Positions 24,150 to 35,990 of a stretch of 62,657 bases of DNA are shown here, piece after piece. A program made the position numbers and the translations under genes. The notes below the pieces were generated by a model. It saw only the letters and a list, made by a program, of their open reading frames with translations. It was not told the DNA's origin and did not search any database. The DNA lies in NCBI RefSeq assembly GCF_902713615.1, contig NW_024055843.1, positions 124,001 through 186,657 of the forward strand, in the 5' to 3' direction. The DNA is from Scyliorhinus canicula. Its lineage: Eukaryota. Positions within the stretch are counted from its first letter, which is position 1; each line of letters begins with the position of its first letter.

Positions 24150-24348
24150 TAATGTCCCATAGACCCGGAGACTGCCCTCTCCTTTTGAGAGCTGACTGGT
24201 GGTGATTTAACCTGAGGGTCACCACACCTCAGGCCAGGGCAAAGGTTGAGAATGGGGGTCTTTATGAATAACCTCAGCCGGTGCAGCAATTGAACCCGCG
24301 CTGCTGGGATTGATCTTCATCACGAACCAGCCGCCCAGCTGACTGAGC
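24150..24348 (-). mobile_element. tRNA-derived SINE with a probable Deu-type core; related heads at 2990-3100(-), 15798-15965(+), 50985-51116(+)
   Basis: Head GCTCAGTCAGCTGGGCGGCTGGTTCGTGATG...GCGCGGGTTCAATT; core GGTGACCCTCAGGTTAAATCACCACCAGTCAGCTCTC. Confidence 0.65.
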
Positions 24349-24752
24349 GGTGTACGTCACAATCCAGCTCACTGAGCTGTGTACGTCACAATCCAGCAAA
24401 CTGAGCTGCGTACGTCACAATCCAGCAAACTGAGCTGTGTATGTCACAATCCAGCTAACTGAGCTGTGTACGTCAAAGTCCTGCTAAATGAGCTGTGTAC
24501 GTCACAGTCCAGCTGACTGAGCTGTGAACGTCACAATCCAGCTGACTGAGTTGTGTACGTCACAATCCAGCTGACTGAGTTGTGTACGTCACAATCCAGC
24601 TGACTGAGCTGTGTACGTCACAATCCAGTTGACTGCGCTGTGTACGTCACAATCCAGCTAACTGAGCTGTGTACGTCAAAATCCAGCTAACTGAGCTGTG
24701 TACGTCACAATCCAGCTAACTGAGCTGTGTACGTCACAATCCAGCTAACTGA
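24335..24752. repeat. 29-bp tandem array (CCAGCTRACTGAGCTGTGTACGTCACAAT), 14 full units plus a partial
   Basis: Period of exactly 29 bp from 24335 to 24741, read directly. Confidence 0.97.
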
Positions 24753-24939
24753 TGCACATTTATATAATTACAATAAAACTCTACATTTGAGTAATTGCAA
24801 CAGTCTCTAATTTTAGGATCCTGCACATTAACAGCAGGAGTCGGCCATTCGGTCTGTCGAGTCTCCTCCCCATTCAATAAGCTCCTGCCTGTGTTGATTG
24901 TGCAGTTTCACACTCCGCCTGTCACTGAGACCGGGCTGT

Positions 24940-25350
24940 CTGCAATCCCCCCGCACCCCGCCCCGCGCTCCCTGTACGTTCCCCCGTCTCTCCGCGGTTC
25001 CCGCTGGATTTCTGTACCTTTCTCCTGGTCCCTTCACTTTCTTTCAGCTCTCTGCTCTTTTTCATGGCACTCTGCGCTTTCCTCCGCATCTCTGCACTTG
25101 TCTTCCTGCTCTTTGTGTTTTGCCCATGTGTGCTGCACTTTTCCCAGTTCATTGTGCTTTTCCCGGTTCCTGGCGCTTTGTGCGGGCTTTCTGAGCTTTT
25201 CACCAGCACGGTTCGCTTTACCCCGATTCTTATCGCTTATGACCCACTCCATGGATTTTCCTCCGGCTCTCTGCTACTCCACCGGCTCTCTGCGCCTTCC
25301 CCCGGTTCTCTGCTCCTTCCCCCGGCTGTCTGCACTTTCCTCCGGCTCCG
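24940..25350. repeat. Degenerate ~20-bp pyrimidine-rich array (TCTCTGCGCTTTCCCCCGGT-like)
   Basis: The period is clearest at 25265-25350; the rest is C/T-rich with recurring CTGCRCTTT. Confidence 0.6.
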
Positions 25351-25460
25351 GGCAATCCCGTGTTATGCAGCCACATTCGGTAGCCACTCGTCATCAGTTT
25401 CGCTCCAGTTCTCCATTCCTCCCCCGTTGCAGACGCTCCCTTGCCCATTTCCTGAGCATC

Positions 25461-28400
25461 AGTGAGAGAGGTTGTGTGAGTAAGTGAGGAGGGTAGGAGA
25501 GTGAGTGTGGGTGAGTGAGTGAGGGTAGGAGAGTGAGTGTGGGTGAGTGAGTAATTGAGTAAGGGTAGGAGAGTGAGTGCGGTTGAGTGAGTAACTGATT
25601 GAGGATAGGAGAGTGAGTGAGTAACTGAGTGAGGGTGGGAGAGTGAGTGCGCGTGAGTGAGTAACTGAGTGAAGATAGGAGAGTGAGTGTGGGCGAGTGA
25701 GTAACTGAGTGAGGGTGGGAGAGTGAGTGTGGGTGAGTGAGTAACTGAGTGAGGGTAGGAGAGTGAGTGTGGGTGAGTGAGTAACTGAGTGAGGGTAGGA
25801 GAGTGAGTCTGGGTGAGTCAGTAACTGAGTGAGGGTAGGAGAGTGAAGGTGGGTGAGTGAGTAACTGAGTGAGGGTAGGAGAGTGAGTGTGGGTGAGTGA
25901 GTAACTGAGTGAGGGTAGGAGAGTGAGTGTGGGTGAGTGGGTAACTGAGTGAGGGTAGGAGAGTGTGTGTGGGTGAGTGAGTAACTGAGTGAGGGTAGGA
26001 GAGTGAGTGTGAGTGAGTGAGTAACTGAGTGAGGGTAGGAGAGTGAGTGCGGGTGAGTGAGTAACTGAGTGAAGGTAGGAGAGTGAGTGCGGGTGAGTGA
26101 GTAACTTAGTGAGGGTAGGAGAATGAGTGTGGGTGAGTGAGTACCTGAGTAACGGTTGGAGTGTGGATGAGTGGGAGAGAATGGGTGGTTGATGGAGTGA
26201 GGGTAAATGGGTGAGGGTATGTCACTGAGGGTGGATGGGTCTGGATGGGTGAGGGGCAGTGAGTGAGAGGTGGAGAATAAATGAGGCTGGCTGAGTGAGG
26301 CTGGGAGGGTGAGTTTGTGAGTGAAGGTGTGCAGTGAACATGAGAGTGAAGGTGACTGAGTGAGAGAGGGTGAGGGAGGGTGAATGAATGAGAGTGCATT
26401 AGTGAGGGTGAATGACTGAGGGTGAATGAGTGAGGGTGATTGAATGAGGGTGATTGAGTGAGGGTGATTGAGTGAGGGTGATTGAGTGAGGGTGATTGAG
26501 CGAGGGTGAATGAGTGAGGGTGAATGAGTGAGGCTGAATGAGTGAGGGTGATTCAGTGAGGGTGAGTGAGTGAGGGTGAGTGAGCCAGGAGTGTACGTGA
26601 CAGTTAGCGGGTGAGTGAGGATGAGTGAGTGAATGAGAGTGGGTGCATGAGTGAGTGAATGTTAGAGAATGAGGGTAATTGAATGAGGTTGGGTGAGTGA
26701 GTTAATGAGAGTGAGTGTGAGTGAGTGTGAGTAAGTGAGGGTGAGTGAGTGAAGGTGAATGAGAGTGGGTGAGGGTGTAAGGTTGAGTGAGAGTGGGTGA
26801 AAGAGGGTGGGTGCATGAGTGTGTGTAAGTGAGGGTTGCTGAGTGAGTGTGTGTGAGGGAACATGAGTGAGGGTGTGTGAATGAGGATGGGCGAGATTGT
26901 GAGTGAAGGCGCATGGGAAATGGTAGGTGAGAGACGTTTTGTGAGTGAGGCTGTGTGAGTGAGGCTGTGTGAGTGAGGCTGTGTGAGTGAGGGTGTGTGA
27001 GTGAGGCTGTGTGAGTGAGGCTGTGTGAGTGAGGCTGTGTGGGTGAGGGTGTGTGATTCAGGGTGTGTGAGTGAGGCTGTGTGAGTGAGGCTGTGTGAGT
27101 CAGGGTGTGTGAGTGAGGCTGTGTGAGTCAGGGTGTGTGAGTCAGGGTGTGTGAGTGAGGGTGTGTGAGTGAGGCTGTGTGAGTGAGGGTGTGTGAGTGA
27201 GGCTGTGTGAGTGAGGCTGTGTTAGTGACGGTAGTGAGTGAGCCAGTGTGAGTGAGGCTGTGAGTGAGGGTGTGTGAGTGAGGGTGACTGAGTGAGGGTG
27301 AATGAGTGAGGGTGAGTGAGCCAGGAGTGTACATGACAGTTAGCGTGTGAGTGAGTGAATGAGAGTGGCTGCACGAGTGAGTGAATGTTAGAGAAAGAGG
27401 GTAATTGAATGAGGTTGAGTGAGAGAGTTAATGAGAGTGAGTGTGAGTGAGTGTGAGTAAGTGAGGGTGGGTGAGTAAAGGTAAGTGAATGAGAGTGGGT
27501 GAGGGTTCGAGGGTGAGTGAGAGTGGGTGAAAGAGGGTGAGTGCATGAGTGTGTGTAAGTGAGGGTGGCTGAGTGAGTGTGTGTGAGGGAACATGAGTGA
27601 GGGTGTGTGAATGAGGATGGGTGAGATTGTGAGTGAAGGCGCGTGGGAAATGGTGGGTGAGAGACGCTTTGTGAGTGAGGCTGTGTGAGTGAGGCTGTGT
27701 GAGTGAGGGTGTGTGAGTGAGGGTGTGTGCGTGAGGGTTTGTGAGTGAGGGTGTGCGAGTGAGGCTGTGTGAGTGAGGGAGTGTGAGTGAGGCTGTGTGA
27801 GTGAGGCCGTGTGAGTGAGGCTGTGTGAGTGAGGCTGTGTGAGTGTGGCCGTGTGAGTGAGGCTGTGTGAGTGAGGGCGTGTGAGTGAGGATGTGTGAGT
27901 GAGGATGTGTGAGTGAGGCTGTGTGAGTGAGGGTAGCGTGAGTGAGGGTGTGTGAGTGAGGGTGTGTGAGTGAGGGTGTGTGAGTGAGGCCGTGTGAGTG
28001 AGGCTGTGTGAGTGAGGGCGTGTGAGTGAGGATGTGTGAGTGAGGATGTGTGAGTGAGGCTGTGTGAGTGAGGCTGTGTGAGTGAGGCTGTGTGAGTGAG
28101 GGTGTGTGAGTGAGGCTGTGTGAGTGAGGGTGTGTGAGTGAGGCTGTGTGAGTGAGGCTGTGTGAGTGAGTGATGGTGTGTGAGTGAGGCTGTGTGAGTG
28201 AGGCCGTGTGAGTGAGGCTGTGTGAGTGAGGCTGTGTGAGTGAGGCCGTGTGAGTGAGGCTGTGTGAGTGAGGGCGTGTGAGTGAGGATGTGTGAGTGAG
28301 GCAGTGTGAGTGAGGGTAGCGTGAGTGAGGGTGTGTGAGTGAGGGTGTGTGAGTGAGGGTGTGTGAGTGAGGGTGTGTGAGTGAGGGTGTGTAAGTGAGG

Positions 28401-31400
28401 GGCGTGTGAGTGAGGATGTGTGAGTGAGGCTGTGTGAGTGAGGGTAGCGTGAGTGAGGGTGTGTGAGTGAGGGTGTGTGAGTGAGGGTGTGTGAGTGAGG
28501 GTGTGTGAGTGAGGGTGTGTAAGTGAGGCTGTGTGAGTGAGGGTGTGTGAGTGAGGCTGTGTGAGTGAGGCTGTGTGTGTGAGGCTGTGTCTGTGAGTGA
28601 GGGTGTGTGAGTGAGGGTGTGTGAGTGAGGATGTGTGAGTGAGGGTGTGTGAGTGAGGGTAGCGTGAGTGAGGCTGTGTGAGTGAGAGTTAGTGATTCAT
28701 GTTGGGCTAGCAAGTGTGAGTCAATGAGTATGAGAGAGTGATGGTGAGTGGGGGTGTTATAGTGAGTGAGGCTGTTTGAGTGAGTGAGGTTGTGAGAGTG
28801 AGGGCAGTGAGTGAGTGAGGGTGTGTGAGTGAGGGTGTGTGAGTGAGGCTGTGTGAGTGAGGCTGTGTGAGTGAGGCTGTGTGTGCGAGGGTGTGTGAGT
28901 GAGGGTGTGTGAGTGAGGCTGTGTGAGTGAGGTTGTGTGAGTGAGGCTGTGTGAGTGAGGCTGTGTGAGTGAGGCTGTGTGAGTGAGGGTGTGTGAGTAA
29001 GGCTGTGTGAGTGAGGGTGTGTGAGTGAGGCTGTGTGAGTGAGGGTGTGTGAGTGAGGGCGTGTGAGTGAGGCTGTGTGAGTGAGGGTGTGTGAGGGTGT
29101 GTGAGTGAGGACGTGTGAGTGAGGCTGTGTGAGTGAGGCTGTGTGAGTGAGGCTGTGTGAGTGAGGCTGTGTGAGTGAGGGTGTGTGAGGGTGTGTGAGT
29201 GAGGACGTGTGAGTGAGGCTGTGTGAGTGAGGCTGTGTGAGTGAGGGTAGTGAGTGAAGCTGTATGAGTGAGGGTGTGTGAGTGAGGCTGTGTGAGTGAG
29301 GCTGTGTGAGTGAGGCTGTGTGAGTGACGGTGTGTGGGTGAGGGTGTGTGAGTGAGGCTGTGTGAATGAGGCTGTGTGAGCGACGGTAGTGAGTGAAGCT
29401 GTGTGAGTGAGGCTGTGTGAGTGAGGGTGTGTGAGTGAGGCTGTGTGAGTGAGGCTGTGTGAGTGAGGGTGTGTGGGTGAGGGTGTGTGAGTGAGGCTGT
29501 GTGAGTGAGGCTGTGTGAGTGAGGCTGTGTGAATGAGGGTGTGTGGGTGAGGGTGTGTGAGAGAGGCTGTGTGAGTGAGGGCGTGTGAGTGAGGCTGTGT
29601 CTGTGAGTGAGGCTGTGTGAGTGAGGCTGTGTGAGTGACGGTAGTGAGTGAGGCTGTGTGAGTGAGGCTGTGCGAGTGAGGGTGTGTGAGTGAGGGTGTG
29701 TGAGTGAGGCTCTATGAGTGAGGGTGTGTGGGTGAGGGTGTGTGAGTGAGGCTGCGTGAGTGAGGGTGTGTGAGTGAGGCTGTGTGAGTGACGGTAGTGA
29801 GTGAGGCTGTGTGAGTGAGGCTGTGTGAGTGAGGCTGTGTGAGTGAGGGTGTGTGAGTGAGGCTGTGTGAGTGAGGCTATGGGAGTGATGGTGTGTGAGT
29901 GAGGCTGTGTGAGTGCGGGGGTGTGAGTGAGGGTGTGTGAGTGAGGCTGTGTGAGTGAGGCTGTGTGAGTGAGGGTGTGTGAGTGAGCGTGTGAGTGAGG
30001 CTGTGTGAGTGAGGCTGTGTGAGTGAGGGTGTGTGTGTCAGGCTGTGTGAGTGAGGGTGTGTGAGTGAGGGTGTGTGAGTGAGGCTGTGTGAGTGAGGGT
30101 GTGTGAGTGAGAGTGTGTGAGTGAGGGTGTGTGAGTGAGGGTGTGAGTGAGGGTGTGTGGTTGAGGGTGTGTGAGTGAGGCTGTGTGAGTGAGGCTGTGT
30201 CAGTGAGGGTGTGTGAGTGAGGCTGTGTGAGTGAGGGTAGTGAGTGAGTGTGTGTGAGTGAGGCTGTGTGAGTGAGGGTGTGTGAGTGAGGCTGTGCGAG
30301 TGAGGCTGTGTGAATGAGGGTAGTGAGTGTGTGTGTGTGAGTGAGGCTGTGTGAGTGAGGGCGGGTGAGTGAGGCTGTGTGAGTGAGGGTGTGTGAGGCT
30401 GTGTGTGAATGAGGCTGTGTGAGTGATGGTAGTGAGTCAGGGTGGGTGAATGCGAGATGATGGGTGAGTGATGGTGGGTGTGATGTTGAGTGAGTGGAGC
30501 TGAATTAGGGTAGTTTACTGAGGGTGGATGAGTGAGTGAGAGAGTGAGTGAGGTGAGTGATTGAGGGTGTCAGTGAGGTTGAGTGAATGAGAGTTGGGAG
30601 GGAGAGTGGGTGAGTCAGTGTGTTAGTGAGTGTGGGTGACTGAGTGAGGGTAAGGTACTGAATTAAGGTAATCGAGGGTGGGTGGGTGGGTGAACGAGGG
30701 TGAGTAAGTGAGGGCAGTTTGAGTGCGGGTGAGTGAGCATGGGTTGGTGAGGGTAAGTGAATGAGGGTGTGTGTGTGAAGGTGTGTGACCGAGCGTGAGT
30801 GAGGGTGGGTGGCTGGGTGAGGGTAAGTGAATGAGGGTGAGTGTGTGAAGGTGTGTGACTGAGCGTGAGTAAGTGAGGGTGAGTGGGTGAGGGTAAGTGA
30901 ATGAGGGTGAGTGTGTGATGCTGTCTGACTGAGGGTGAATAAGTGAGGGTGTGTGGGTGAATGAGGGTGAGTAAGTGAGGGCAGTGTGACTGCGGGCAAG
31001 TGAGCATGGGTGGGTGAAGGTAAGTGAATGAGGGTGAGTGTGTGAAGGTGTGTGACTGAGCGTGAGTAAGTGAGGGTGGGTGGGTGAGGGTAAGTGACTG
31101 GGTGAGTGTGTGAAGGTGTGTGACTGAGCGTGAGTAAGTGAGGGTGGGTGGGTGAGTGAGCGAGGGTGAGTGAGTGAGGATGGGTGGGTGAGTGAGTGAG
31201 GGTGAGTGAGTGAGGATGGGTGATTGATTGAGCTGAGAGTCTGAATGAGGATGAATGAGGGTGGGTGTGTTAAGCTGAGTGAGGGTGGGTGCGTGGGTGG
31301 GTTACTGAATGAAGGTGAATGAGGGTTGGTAGGTGAATGAATGAGAGTGGGTGAGCGAGGAAGAGTGAGTGAGGGAGGATGAATGAGGGTGAGTGATGAT

Positions 31401-34400
31401 GGTTGTGTGAAGGTGTGTGACTGAGGGTGAATGAGTAAGGGTGACTGAGTGAGGTTCCATGACTGAGGATTAGTGAGGATGCGTGAGGGTGGGTGTGTGA
31501 TGCTGAGTGAGTGAGGGTGGGTGAGTGAACCAGTGTGTGACTAAGGTGGACTGAGGGTGTGTGAATGAGTGCGGGCGAATGAGAGTGAGCAATTTATGTT
31601 GGGCTAGCAAGTGTGAGTCAATGAGTGTGAGAGAATGATGGTGAGTGAGGGTGTTATAGTGAGTGAGGGTGTTTGAGTGAGTGAGGTTGTGAGTGAGGGG
31701 AGTGAGTGAGTGAGGGTGTGTGAGTGAGGGTGTGTGAGTGATGGTGTGTGAGTGAGGCTGTGTGAGTGAGGGTGTGTGAGTGAGGGTGTGTGAATGAGGC
31801 TGTGTGAGTGAGGCTGTGTGAGTGAGGGTGTGTGAGTGAGGCTGTGTGAGTAAGGCTGTGTGAGTGAGGCTGAGTGAGGGTGTGTGAGTGAGGCTGTGTG
31901 AGTGAAGCTGTGTGAGTGAGGGTGTGTGAGTGAGGCTGTGTGAGTGAGGCTGTGTGAGTGAGGCTGAGTGAGGGTGTGTGAGTGAGGCTGTGTGAGTGAG
32001 GCTGTGTGAGTGAGGCTGTGTGAGTGAGGGTGTGTGAGTGAGGGTGTATGAGTGAGGATGTGTGAGTGAGGCTGTGTGAGTGAGGGTGTGTGAGTGAGGC
32101 TGTGTGAGTGAGGCTGTGTGAGTGAGGCTGTGTGAGTGAGGGTGTGTGAGTGAGGCTGTGTGAGTGAGGGTGTGTCTGCGAGTGAGGCTGTGTGAGTGAG
32201 GCTGTGTGAGTGAGGGTGTGTGAGTGAAGCTGTATGAGTGAGGGTGTGTGAGTGAGGCTGTGTGAGTGAGGCTGTGTGAGTGAGGCTGTGTGAGTGAGGG
32301 TGTGTGAGTGAGGCTGTGTGAGTGAGGGTGTGTGAGTGAGGCTGTGTGAGTGAGGGTGTGTCTGCGAGTGAGGCTGTGTGAGTGAGGCTGTGTGAGTGAG
32401 GGTGTGTGAGTGAGGGTGCGTGAGTGAGGGTGTGTGAGTGAGGCTGTGTGAGTGAGGCTGTCTGAGTGAGGGTGTGAGAGTGAGGGTGTGTGAGTGAGGC
32501 GAGTGAGTGAGTGAGGCTGTGTGAGTGAGGCTGTGTGAGTGAGGCTGTCTGAGTGAGGGTGTGAGAGTGAGGGTGTGTGAGTGAGTGATGATGTGTGAGT
32601 GAGGGTGAGTGAGTGAGGAGAGTGAGTGAGGGTGAGTGAGTGAGGATAGTGAGTGAGGCTGTGAGTGAGGATGTGAGAGTGAGGGTGTGTGAGTGTGGCT
32701 GTGTGAGTGAGGGTGTGTGAGTGAGGGTGTGTCTGCGAGTGAGGCTGTGTGAGTGAGGCTGTGTGAGTGAGGGTGTGTGAGTGAGGCTGTGTGAGTGAGG
32801 CTGTCTGAGTGAGGGTGTGAGAGTGAGGGTGTGTGAGTGAGTGATGATGTGTGAGTGAGGATAGTGAGTGAGGCTGTGAGTGAGGCTGTGTGAGTGAGGC
32901 TGTGTGAGTGAGGGTGTGTGAGTGAGGCTGTGTGAGTGAGGGTGCGTGAGTGAGGTTGTGTGAGTGAGGGCATGTGAGTAAGGATGTGTGAGTGAGGCTG
33001 TGTGAGTGAGGCTGTATCTGCGAGTGAGGCTGTGTGAGTGAGGCTGGGTGAGTGAGGGTGTGTGAGTGAGGCTGTGTGAGTGAGAGTCTGTGAGTGAGGG
33101 TGTGTGAGTGAGGCTGTGTGAGTGAGGGTGTATGAGTGAGGCTGTGTGAGTGAGGCTGTGTGAGTGAGGGTGTGTGAGTGAGGGTGTGAGAGTGAGGGTG
33201 TGTGAGTGAGTGATGGTGTGTGAGTGCGGCTGTGTGAGTGAGGCTGTGTGAGTGAGGCTGTGTGAGTGAGGGTGTATGAGTGAGGCTGTGTGAGTGAGGC
33301 TGTGTGAGTGAGGGTGTGTGAGTGAGGGTGTGAGAGTGAGGGTGTGTGAGTGAGTGATGGTGTGTGAGTGAGGCTGTGTGAGTGAGGCTGTGTGAGTGAG
33401 GCTGTGTGAGTGAGGGTGTGTGAGTGAGGCTGTGTGAGTGAGGGTGTGTGAGTGAGGATGTGTGAGTGAGGCTGTGTGAGTGAGGCTGTGTGAGTGAGGC
33501 TGTGTGAGTGAGGCTGTGTGAGTGAGGGTGTGTGAGTGAGGGTGTGTGAGCGAGGCTGTGTGAGTGAGGGTGTGTGAGTGGGGCTGTGTGAGTGAGGCTG
33601 AGTGAGTGAGGGTGTGTGAGTGAGGGTGTGTGAGTGAGGCTGTGTGAGTGAGGGTGTGAGAGTGAGTGTGTGTGAGTGAGGCTGTGTGAGTGAGGCTGTG
33701 TGAGTGAGGCTGTGTGAGTGAGGCTGTGTGAGTGAGGGCGTGTGAGTGAGGGTGTGAGTGAGGAGAGTGAGTGAGGCTGTGTGAGTGAGGCTGTGTGAGT
33801 GAGGGTGTGAGAGTGAGGGTGTGTGAGTGAGGGTGTGAGTGAGGAGAGTGAGTGAGGCTGTGTGCGTGAGAGTGTGAGTGAGTGAGTGAGGCTGTGTGAG
33901 TGAGGATAGTGAGTGAGGCTGTGAGTGAGGCTGTGTGAATGAGGCTGTGTGAGTGAGGGTGTGTGAGCGAGGGTGTGTGAGTGAGGGTGTGTGAGTGAGG
34001 GTGTGCGAGTGAGGCTGTGTGAGTGAAGCTGTGTGAGTGAGGGTGGGTGTGTGAGTGAGGGTGTGTGAGTGAGGGTGTGTGAGTGAGGCTGTGAGTGAGG
34101 TTGTGTGAGTGAGGGTGTGTGGGTGAGGGTGTGTGAGTGAGGGTGTGTGACTGAGGCTGTGTGAGTGAGGGTGTGTGACTGAGGCTGTGTGAGTGAGGGT
34201 GTGTGAGTGAGGCTGTGAGTGAGGTTGTGTGAGTGAGGGTGTGTGAGTGAGGGTGTGTGAGTGAGGCTGTGTGAGTGAGGCTGTGTGAGTGAGGCTGTGT
34301 GAGTAAGGGTGTGTCTGCGAGTGAGGCTGTGTGAGTGAGGCTGTGTGAGTGAGGGTGTGTGAGTGAGGGTGCGTGAGTGAGGGTGTGTGAGTGAGGCTGT

Positions 34401-35990
34401 GTGAGTGAGGCTATCTGAGTGAGGGTGTGAGAGTGAGGGTGTGTGAGTGAGGCGAGTGAGTGAGTGAGGCTGTGTGAGTGAGGCTGTGTGAGTGAGGCTG
34501 TGTGAGTGAGGCTGTCTGAGTGAGGGTGTGAGAGTGAGGGTGTGTGAGTGAGTGATGATGTGTGAGTGAGGGTGAGTGAGTGAGGAGAGTGAGTGAGGCT
34601 GTGTGAGTGAGGATAGTGAGTGAGGCTGTGAGTGAGGCTGTGAGAGTGAGGGTGTGTGAGTGAGGCTGTGTGAGTGAGGGTGTGTGAGTGAGGGTGTGTC
34701 TGCGAGTGAGGCTGTGTGAGTGAGGCTGTGTGAGTGAGGGTGTGTGAGTGAGGCTGTGTGAGTGAGGCTGTCTGAGTGAGGGTGTGAGAGTGAGAGTGTG
34801 TGAGTGAGTGATGATGTGTGAGTGAGGGTGTGAGTGAGTGAGGAGAGTGAGTGAGGCTGTGTGAGTGAGGATAGTGAGTGAGGCTGTGAGTGAGGCTGTG
34901 TGAGTGAGGCTGTGTGAGTGAGGGTGCGTGAGTGAGGTTGTGTGAGTGAGGGCGTGTGAGTGAGGATGTGTGAGTGAGGCTGTGTGAGTGAGGCTGTATC
35001 TGCGAGTGAGGGCGGGTGAGTGAGGCTGCGTGAGTGTGGCTGTGTGAGTGAGAGTCTGTGAGTGAGGGTGTGTGAGTGAGGCTGTGTGAGTGAGGGTGTA
35101 TGAGTGAGGCTGTGTGGGTGAGGCTGTGTGAGTGAGGCTGTGTGAGTGAGGCTGTGTGAGTGAGGCTGTGTGAGTGAGGGTGTGTGCGTGAGGCTGTGTG
35201 AGTGAGGGTGTGTGAGTGAGGCTGTGTGAGTGAGGGTGTGTGAGTGAGGCTGTGTGAGTGAGGGTGTGTGAGTGAGGGTGTGTGAGTGAGGCTGTGTGAG
35301 TGAGGCTGTGTGAGTGAGGGTGTGTGAGTGAGGGTGTGTGAGTGAGGCTGTGTGAGTGAGGCTGTGTGAGTGAGGGTGTGTGAGTGAGGGTGTGTGAGTG
35401 AGGGTGTGTGAGTGAGGCTGTGTGAGTGAGGCTGTGTGAGTGAGGCTGTGTGAGTGAGGCTGTGTGAGTGAGGGTGTGTGGGTAAGGCTGTGTGAGTGAG
35501 GCTGTGTGAGTGAGGCTGTGTGAGTGAGGCTGTATGAGTGAGGCTGTGTGAGTGAGGGTGTGTGAGTGAGGCTGTGTGAGTGAGGGTGTGTGAGTGATGC
35601 TGTGTGAGTGAGGGTGTGTGAGTGAGGCTGTGTGAGAGAGGCTGTGTGAGTGAGGCTGTGTGAGTGAGGATGTGTGAGTGAGGCTGCGTGAGTGAGGGTG
35701 TGTGAGTGAGGCTGTGTGAGTGAGGATGTGTGAGTGAGGCTGTGTGAGTGAGGGTGTGTGAGTGAGGGTATGTGAGTGAGGCTGTGTGAGAGAGGCTGTG
35801 TGACTGAGGCTGTATGAGTGAGGATGTGTGAGTGAGGCTGTGTGAGTGAGGCTGTGTGAGTGAGGCTGTGTGAGTGAGGGTGTGTGAGTGAGGCTGTGTG
35901 AGTGAGGATGTGTGAGTGAGGCTGTGTGAGTGAGGCTGTGTGAGTGAGGGTGTGTGAGTGAGGCTGTGTGACTGAGGCTGTGTGAGTGAG
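25461..35990. repeat. ~10.5-kb compound GTGAG satellite: 40-bp unit block (~25480-26110), 12-mer GAGTGAGGGTGA(A/T)T tracts and a dominant 14-mer GTGTGAGTGAGG(C/G)T
   Basis: 40-bp period visible (GTAACTGAGT at 25741 and 25781); the 14-mer dominates 26940-35990; the plus strand is almost devoid of C. Confidence 0.97.

Noticed and set aside
24335-24752. CRISPR-like appearance of the 29-bp and 51-bp arrays
   Set aside because: The units are contiguous with no unique spacers, the context is vertebrate, and there are no cas genes.
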